NCBI GenBank assembly: GCA_963674735.2
Contig: CAXXQS010000002.1
Span: 2,308,179 to 2,372,178, forward strand
From: Myxococcota bacterium
GTDB lineage: Bacteria; Myxococcota_A; SURF-8
Length of the DNA: 64,000 nt
Direction of reading: 5' to 3'
Positions 58,350 to 64,000 of this stretch are shown here, piece by piece; position 1 is the first letter of the stretch; every line of letters begins with the position of its first letter. The translations under genes and the position numbers were made by a program. The notes beneath the pieces are model-generated. The model was not told where the DNA came from and searched no databases. It was given only the letters and a program-made list of their open reading frames with translations.

Positions 58350-59549
58350 TCAACGGTTCTTGTCTTGCTTGGGAATCAGCCACAAAAACGGGAGCCCGAT
58401 AATCGCCATTCCGGCGCAGACCATGAACGCCGAGCGCATCCCGTACTGATCGGAGAGAAAACCGACCAGCAGAATGACCAGGGCGCGCACGGCAAAGCTG
58501 ATGGCCATGAAGGTGCCGTTGGCGGCGGCCTGGTTGACTCCGGCGTTTTCAAGCACCGTCGCCATGAGAACCGGACCGGTGGCGAGGGTGGTGAATCCGA
58601 GGCCCAACAGAACGAGTAACAACGGCACACCGGACACATGCAAGAGCGCCAGCATCAGGAAGGGTGCCAGAACGATGGAAAAGCCCAGAACAAGGCGTCG
58701 CCCCAAGCGGTCGCTCAGGGTGCCGGAGACGAGGACACCCACGGCCCCGGCCAGTTCGAGGACCGAAAGCGCGATTCCCGAAAACCACAGGCTGTTGCCT
58801 TCCTGGTAGAGATACGTCGGCAGGTAGGTGGTGGCGGCTGCAGCCATGAACGAACGCGCGACCAGGATGCCGAAGATGCCGGTGATGATGATCCGCATTT
58901 CGACCAGCATGGCTTTAAGCGAAGGCTGGCGGCGCGGGTCGCGGTGATCGGCCGGGGGCTCGAAACGCCACCAGAGGACCAGCGACGCCACAACACCCGG
59001 CGGGATGAGCTTCCACAGTCCGTCGAGTCCGAAATGGCTGACGGCCCAGACCGCCACGATGGGTCCGGCGGTGCGCGCCAGTTCGCCGCCCATCATGAAC
59101 ATGCCGGTGCCGCGTCCGACCTTGTCGCCCGACAGGCGCGCTACCATCACCGGGGCCGAAACGTGGATGGCGGCTACACTGATCCCCACGGCGAGGAGTG
59201 TCAGGGCCAAGATGGCATAGTTGGGGGCGATACCGATGAAACACATGAGGGTCGCCGTTACACCCGGTGCGACGACGACAAGCAGGCGGATCCAGTTTCG
59301 GCGATCGGCAATGGCTCCGATGAAGGGGTTGAAAAAACTGGGGATTTGGGAAAAGACGCTCAGGGAACCGGCCTGTGTGAGGCTGAGACCCAGGCGTTCG
59401 ATAAGCAGGGGCAGAAGCGGTGCGAGAAACGCGGTGTAGATATCGTGGATGAAGTGTACAAGCGCGATGGTGGCCACTTTGGTTGTGTGGAACGACGTGC
59501 TGTCGGGTGTGTCCGGTTGTGGCGCAGAAGGGGAATTTGTCGATGACAC
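58350..59549 (-). CDS. MFS transporter (Fsr-like)
   Basis: HFIHDIY..FLAPLLP, GAIADR and LSDRLGRR motifs; about 12 TM segments. Confidence 0.85.
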   Translation of the reverse strand: MSSTNSPSAPQPDTPDSTSFHTTKVATIALVHFIHDIYTAFLAPLLPLLIERLGLSLTQAGSLSVFSQIPSFFNPFIGAIADRRNWIRLLVVVAPGVTATLMCFIGIAPNYAILALTLLAVGISVAAIHVSAPVMVARLSGDKVGRGTGMFMMGGELARTAGPIVAVWAVSHFGLDGLWKLIPPGVVASLVLWWRFEPPADHRDPRRQPSLKAMLVEMRIIITGIFGILVARSFMAAAATTYLPTYLYQEGNSLWFSGIALSVLELAGAVGVLVSGTLSDRLGRRLVLGFSIVLAPFLMLALLHVSGVPLLLVLLGLGFTTLATGPVLMATVLENAGVNQAAANGTFMAISFAVRALVILLVGFLSDQYGMRSAFMVCAGMAIIGLPFLWLIPKQDKNR

Positions 59550-59797
59550 GGGAGTATCCTTTCCATCGCGGCGCAGCTAGGAGCAATGATGAAGATAGCG
59601 CCGTCCATGGGCATAGCGCTCGCCGTGCGGCTTGTAAAGCAAAAAAACACCGGGATTCCCGGTAATCGGTCTGTTCAGCGGCTTGGCGCATGGGGAAAAA
59701 GGTTGACGCGGCGCGGGCTGTCGCGATACAAACGGAAGCTATTGTGATTCGTGACGCGCAAACGGAATGCAAATTGACGAGGCTGCCGGAGGCCGGA

Positions 59798-60538
59798 ATG
59801 CAGATGCCATCCGCGCCCCTGCGTTGGCTGCGCCTGGATGAAACCGGTTCAACCAATGCGGACGCCAAACATCTTGTTCTCCAAGGAGAATTGGATTGCG
59901 GCGTGGTCCAGGCGCGCTTGCAGCGCGCTGGTCGGGGACGCCTCGAACGGCGTTGGGAGTCGCCGGTGGGCGGGCTCTATTTGTCGTTGGTGGGCCCGAG
60001 CCCCGAACCGCAGGTGTCGCCGCTTTGGGTGACGGTGGCGGTGGGAGTGGCTTTAGTCGAAGAACTGGCGGCCTGCTGCGGCGTCGCGGCAAAATTGCGC
60101 TGGCCCAACGATCTGATGGTCGAAGGGCGTAAACTGGCGGGTATGTTGAGCGAGCGAGTCGTGGGTTTGGACGGAAAGGCGCGGGTGATCGTCGGTATCG
60201 GGCTGAACGATCGCACGCCGGTGCGACTGTCGGATAGTGATACCGAGACCACGTGCCTTTCGGCCGAGTCGCAGCAAACCTACGACGATTTGGCTGAACG
60301 CCTGGTGCCGGTTTTGTGGCGTGCGTGGCGCGAGTTGGATGAGGCCTCCCCCGCGATTTTGAAAGATCGTTGGATCGCAGTATCGGAGACCATCGGTGAA
60401 ACCGTCTGCGTGCGCTTGATGGACAACCGGGAAATAGTCGGGCAAGCCGTTGATTTAGCGTATGATTTCGGGTTGGTGGTGTATACGGAGACCGGACCGG
60501 TTACCTTGCGTGAGGGCGATTGTCGCCGCCTGCGTTAG
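59798..60538 (+). CDS. birA: Biotin-protein ligase (group I, no HTH)
   Basis: STN, GRGRLERRWES, WPND, KLAG and GIGLN motifs. Confidence 0.9.
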   Translation: MQMPSAPLRWLRLDETGSTNADAKHLVLQGELDCGVVQARLQRAGRGRLERRWESPVGGLYLSLVGPSPEPQVSPLWVTVAVGVALVEELAACCGVAAKLRWPNDLMVEGRKLAGMLSERVVGLDGKARVIVGIGLNDRTPVRLSDSDTETTCLSAESQQTYDDLAERLVPVLWRAWRELDEASPAILKDRWIAVSETIGETVCVRLMDNREIVGQAVDLAYDFGLVVYTETGPVTLREGDCRRLR

Positions 60539-60564
60539 AATCGGGCGACGAGGGAGAGAAACGG

Positions 60565-60909
60565 ATGAAAGTACCGCTGACAGACGCGCTTTTTATCGCC
60601 GCCTTGGGGATGAGCGTCGTGTTTCTCATCCTGGCTATCGCTTATGGATTGACGCACGTGATTCGGCGTTTTCTGGGTCATGAACAAGCGACCGATCCGG
60701 TGGTCGAGGCGGGGCCGCATGTCGATACGCCGTCCTCGCCTGCACCTGTGGACGAGGAAGCAGATGCGGTCGATATGGAAACGCAGACCGCGCAGCCTGA
60801 AGAGGCGGAGCCGGTCAATGCGGAGTTGATGGGGGCGATTCTGTCGGCGGTGCATCGTTACGAGCAGGACCAAAAAGACGAAAAGATGCCCGACAAATCG
60901 GGCCATTAA
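60565..60909 (+). CDS. oadG: OadG family decarboxylase gamma subunit
   Basis: LGMSVVFLIL TM, Pro/Ala linker and AILSAV motif. Confidence 0.7.
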   Translation: MKVPLTDALFIAALGMSVVFLILAIAYGLTHVIRRFLGHEQATDPVVEAGPHVDTPSSPAPVDEEADAVDMETQTAQPEEAEPVNAELMGAILSAVHRYEQDQKDEKMPDKSGH

Positions 60910-60969
60910 GCTTCTGTCGGCCGAACCGACAATGAACACAACTCCTAATCGTTTGACGTTGAGGTAGGT

Positions 60970-62784
60970 ATGACGCAGATCGGTGAGACCATTCTGTTGA
61001 GTGGACAGCAGCGGGTGCTGGGTGCGCGGCTGCGCTTGGACGATATGCTGGCGGGTGTCGTGCAGTTGGATGCAATCGGCTATCGTTCGCTGGAAGCCTG
61101 GGGCGGGGTGACGTTCGAGGCCTGCCTGCGCTATCTGAACGAAAATCCCTGGGACCGCCTGCGCAAGATCAAGGCCAAGGCCCCTAAAACGCCGCTGCTG
61201 ATGCCCATGTGCGGGCGTGCGCTGGTGTGTGCGGGTATGCAGGCCGACGATGTCGTGGAGGCGTTTGTTCGCACGACCGCCGAGAACGGTATCGATATTT
61301 ACCGCATCTACGATCCGCTCAATCGGGCCGAAAACCTGGAATTGGCCGTAAAGGCGGTGGTCAAGGCCGGCAAACGAGCCGAAGGCGTGATTCTGCTCGA
61401 CCCGTCCACTGAACAGAAGCTGGATGATATCGGGCGTTTTGCCTCCGAACTCAAGGACTTGGGGTGCCAAAGCCTGTGTCTGGCCGACCGCGTGGGGCTG
61501 TTGCCGCCGAAACGTGCGGGCGAATGGGTTGCGGCGGTGAAAAAAACGACCGATCTGCCGCTGGCGATGACGGTGTCCGATGGGGTCGGCACGGCGGCGG
61601 CGGCCTATGTGGCGGGTGTACAGGCCGGAGTCGATGTCATCGACGGAACGCTTTCCGCTTTCGCGTCGGCCGTAACCGAACCGCCTACCGAATCGCTGGT
61701 CCGCATTTTGTTCGAAGATGTGGGGCTCAAGCTGGAGGCCTTCGAGGAGGCGTCGCTGAGTTTTGCGAAAATGCGCGAACGTTATGCGGCGCGCGTCAAC
61801 CGCTTTGTCAATTGGGTGCATACTTGGGTGCTGCGTCACAAACTACCCGCCACCACCATCGCCGACGCCGGAGCGGAACTGGAAGCGCGTGACAAACTGG
61901 ACAAGCTGGACGATGTGCTGGCGGAGGTGGTGCGTATCCATGGCGATTTAGGTTATGCGCCGTTGGTGATGCCGGTGCGCGGGATCGTTTTACGTCAGGC
62001 CATCGTCAATGTTCTCGATAAGCGACGCTACGTCGATCTGGATCCCGATCTGGCGCGTTTGGCGCTGGGCCGTTATGGAACGCTACCCAAGCCGACGGCC
62101 GGGGTGTTGCGCGAAGCGGCCGAAAGTCTGGTAACGAAAGACGAGATCGGGGAGGCCTTGACCCTCGATGCGGTACAAAAAAAACACGGCAAACTCGTGC
62201 GAAGCGATGAAGACGCGCTGACTCTCGCCATGTATCCCGACGCGGGTGCGCGCTTTTTAGAGGGGTCGGCCAAGGCGGAAGCCCTCGATTCCCGCCCGAC
62301 ACGCGCCTACGATGTGGTGGTGGAAGGCCAGGCTTTCCACGTGGAGGTGCATCCTAGCAAACCGGGGGTGACGGTGGTTCCCACCGGAGCCACGGCAAAG
62401 AAGGTGTTGCGGCCTGCGCCCAATCGGCCCACTCCCAAACCGGCCGCTCCTTCCCAAGCACCGCGTGCCGCACAGCCTGCGCCTGTTAAAAAAGCCCCCG
62501 CGCCCAAACCTGCGCCGCCCACGGACCCGAAGGTGGCGGCGGCAAATGGTGACGAAGGCAATGGCGGCAGCTTTATGGTTACCTGTCCCATGCAGGGCAC
62601 GATTCTCAAGATGCTGGTGGCGGTGGGCGATTCGGTGACGCGCGGACAGAAAATCGCGGTGCTCGAAGCCATGAAGATGGAAAACGACGTCTATTCCGGC
62701 GAGGCGGGGGTTGTGGTGCGCTTATTGGTTGCGCAAGGTGAGGCGGTGGTGTCGAGTCAGGCGCTGCTGGAACTGGAAACCTGA
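60970..62784 (+). CDS. Oxaloacetate decarboxylase alpha/PycB-like protein with a biotinyl domain and a degenerate active site
   Basis: RLRLDDM, SLEAWGG.TF, ENPWDRLR and GYAPLV motifs; C-terminal EAMKM. Confidence 0.85.
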   Translation: MTQIGETILLSGQQRVLGARLRLDDMLAGVVQLDAIGYRSLEAWGGVTFEACLRYLNENPWDRLRKIKAKAPKTPLLMPMCGRALVCAGMQADDVVEAFVRTTAENGIDIYRIYDPLNRAENLELAVKAVVKAGKRAEGVILLDPSTEQKLDDIGRFASELKDLGCQSLCLADRVGLLPPKRAGEWVAAVKKTTDLPLAMTVSDGVGTAAAAYVAGVQAGVDVIDGTLSAFASAVTEPPTESLVRILFEDVGLKLEAFEEASLSFAKMRERYAARVNRFVNWVHTWVLRHKLPATTIADAGAELEARDKLDKLDDVLAEVVRIHGDLGYAPLVMPVRGIVLRQAIVNVLDKRRYVDLDPDLARLALGRYGTLPKPTAGVLREAAESLVTKDEIGEALTLDAVQKKHGKLVRSDEDALTLAMYPDAGARFLEGSAKAEALDSRPTRAYDVVVEGQAFHVEVHPSKPGVTVVPTGATAKKVLRPAPNRPTPKPAAPSQAPRAAQPAPVKKAPAPKPAPPTDPKVAAANGDEGNGGSFMVTCPMQGTILKMLVAVGDSVTRGQKIAVLEAMKMENDVYSGEAGVVVRLLVAQGEAVVSSQALLELET

Positions 62785-62876
62785 GCTGGTTGTGCTATGA
62801 TGGGCGTAACGGGATATCCAGCAAGGTTGAAATCTCCCGGTAGCCGATGATCGTGTAGTACGTTTAGGAGCTTTGC

Positions 62877-63632
62877 ATGTCCGCCGATTCTGTCGAATCA
62901 ACCCTCCAATTGCCTCCGGCCCTTATCCTTGTGGGCGGTATGGGAACGCGCTTGCGCAAGGTGGTGTCCGACCGGCCCAAACCCATGGCGCTGGCCGAGG
63001 GACGTCCCTTTCTGGAATGGCTGGTGCTCTATCTCAAAGCTCAAGGTCTGCGGGAATTGATTTTCGGCAGCGGCTATATGGCCGAGATGATCGAGGCGCA
63101 CTTCGGCGATGGCTCGGACTGGGGGCTGTCGATCCGCTATTCGGTGGAGCCGGAGGCGCTGGGGACGGGCGGAGCCATGCGTTTCGCGCGCGATAAACTC
63201 GGGAACGGTCCGTTTTTTCTCGTGATGGGCGACACGCTGTTCGCCATCGATTACGCCGCTTTATGGGCTTTTCACCGTGAACACAACGCCGACCTCAGCC
63301 TGGCCCTGCATTATGTGCAGGACAATTCCCGTTACGGCGGGGTGGAACTGGACGACGCCCGTATCGCCGCCTTCACCGAAAAACCCGCCACCGGCTACCC
63401 GAGTTGGATCAACGGCGGCGTTTTACTGGTGGAACCGTGCATGTTCGACATCATGCCCGCTGAGCGGGTGTTCAGCTTCGAACAGACCGTCATGCCCGAC
63501 GCCATCGCGCGCGGATTCAATATCTTCGGTTTCAAGCAGAACGGCTATTTCCTCGATATCGGCCTGCCCGAAACTTATGGCCGCCTGCAAGCCGACCTGC
63601 CGGAGTTGCTTGAAAAGGGGCTGTTCGGGTAA
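62877..63632 (+). CDS. Sugar-1-phosphate nucleotidyltransferase (HddC/WcbM-like)
   Basis: GGMGTRL..PKPM, EPEALGTGG, GDT, FTEK and FLDIG motifs. Confidence 0.85.
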   Translation: MSADSVESTLQLPPALILVGGMGTRLRKVVSDRPKPMALAEGRPFLEWLVLYLKAQGLRELIFGSGYMAEMIEAHFGDGSDWGLSIRYSVEPEALGTGGAMRFARDKLGNGPFFLVMGDTLFAIDYAALWAFHREHNADLSLALHYVQDNSRYGGVELDDARIAAFTEKPATGYPSWINGGVLLVEPCMFDIMPAERVFSFEQTVMPDAIARGFNIFGFKQNGYFLDIGLPETYGRLQADLPELLEKGLFG

Positions 63633-63790
63633 AAAATCAGATGCAGCTTATTCTTGCTTAGGAATGCCTTCCTTTTCCGTCCTTCCTGTCAAGTTGGCTT
63701 GACACCTTCGTGGCAAGCTTCGTTTGTCTCGCATTCGATAAAGATCCGCAAATCCGACAGCTTAGCCGAATCAAGACGATACTTAATGTA

Positions 63791-63806
63791 AGGCATGGAA
63801 TTTGCT
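63791..63806 (+). promoter_or_regulatory. Putative sigma54 promoter
   Basis: AGGCAT-GGAAT-TTGCT, exactly GG-N10-GC. Confidence 0.55.
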
Positions 63807-63891
63807 TGCATTTTACCCGTGATGTTTTAGTCTGAAAGACACGTATTCAGTTCGATGACACGGCTATTCGCAGATATGCGGGAGGCGAGTG

Positions 63892-64000
63892 ATGAGGATA
63901 TCCAAAATAACTTGGGGGCAGTGGGCTGGATGGCTGATTCTGCTGAGCCTGGTATGGGCTTGCGACAGCGGTTCCATCGGCAATTTCGGCGATCCTTGCG
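63892..64000 (+). CDS. Lipoprotein, partial (runs off the window)
   Basis: RBS GGAGG; MRISKITWGQWAGWLILLSLVWAC lipobox; no stop before the window end. Confidence 0.65.
   Translation, partial: MRISKITWGQWAGWLILLSLVWACDSGSIGNFGDPC

Overview
GC-rich chromosomal region of an anaerobic Deltaproteobacteria/Myxococcota-like bacterium. It opens with the tail of a Wood-Ljungdahl cluster (acsC, acsE, DUF3786, cooC/acsF, convergent cooT). Next are a translationally coupled sulfation operon (ASST arylsulfotransferase, a small membrane protein predicted to start with Tyr, a membrane-anchored PAPS sulfotransferase, cysC), ino1, and an AT-rich three-gene insert with an ImmA/IrrE-type metallopeptidase. Housekeeping and metabolic genes include split purH, iorAB, dusB, deoC-nupC-PNP, ttcA, htpX, csp, ogt, lipB and birA. 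There are many lipoproteins with acidic DGD linkers and two zinc-ribbon/GYF envelope proteins (one AgmX/GltJ-like with a 9x48-bp repeat). Several proteins look like pseudoenzymes, most clearly an OadA/PycB homologue that has lost all carboxyltransferase catalytic residues but keeps its biotinyl domain. Three +1 frameshifts in short homopolymers are probably assembly errors. I found no rRNA, tRNA, CRISPR array, integrase or transposase. The best candidates for an undescribed system are the sulfuryl-relay operon (4225-7763), the AT-rich metallopeptidase cassette (11162-13010) and the dead-OadA/oadG/birA module. All calls come from motif recognition by eye; no database searches were run.
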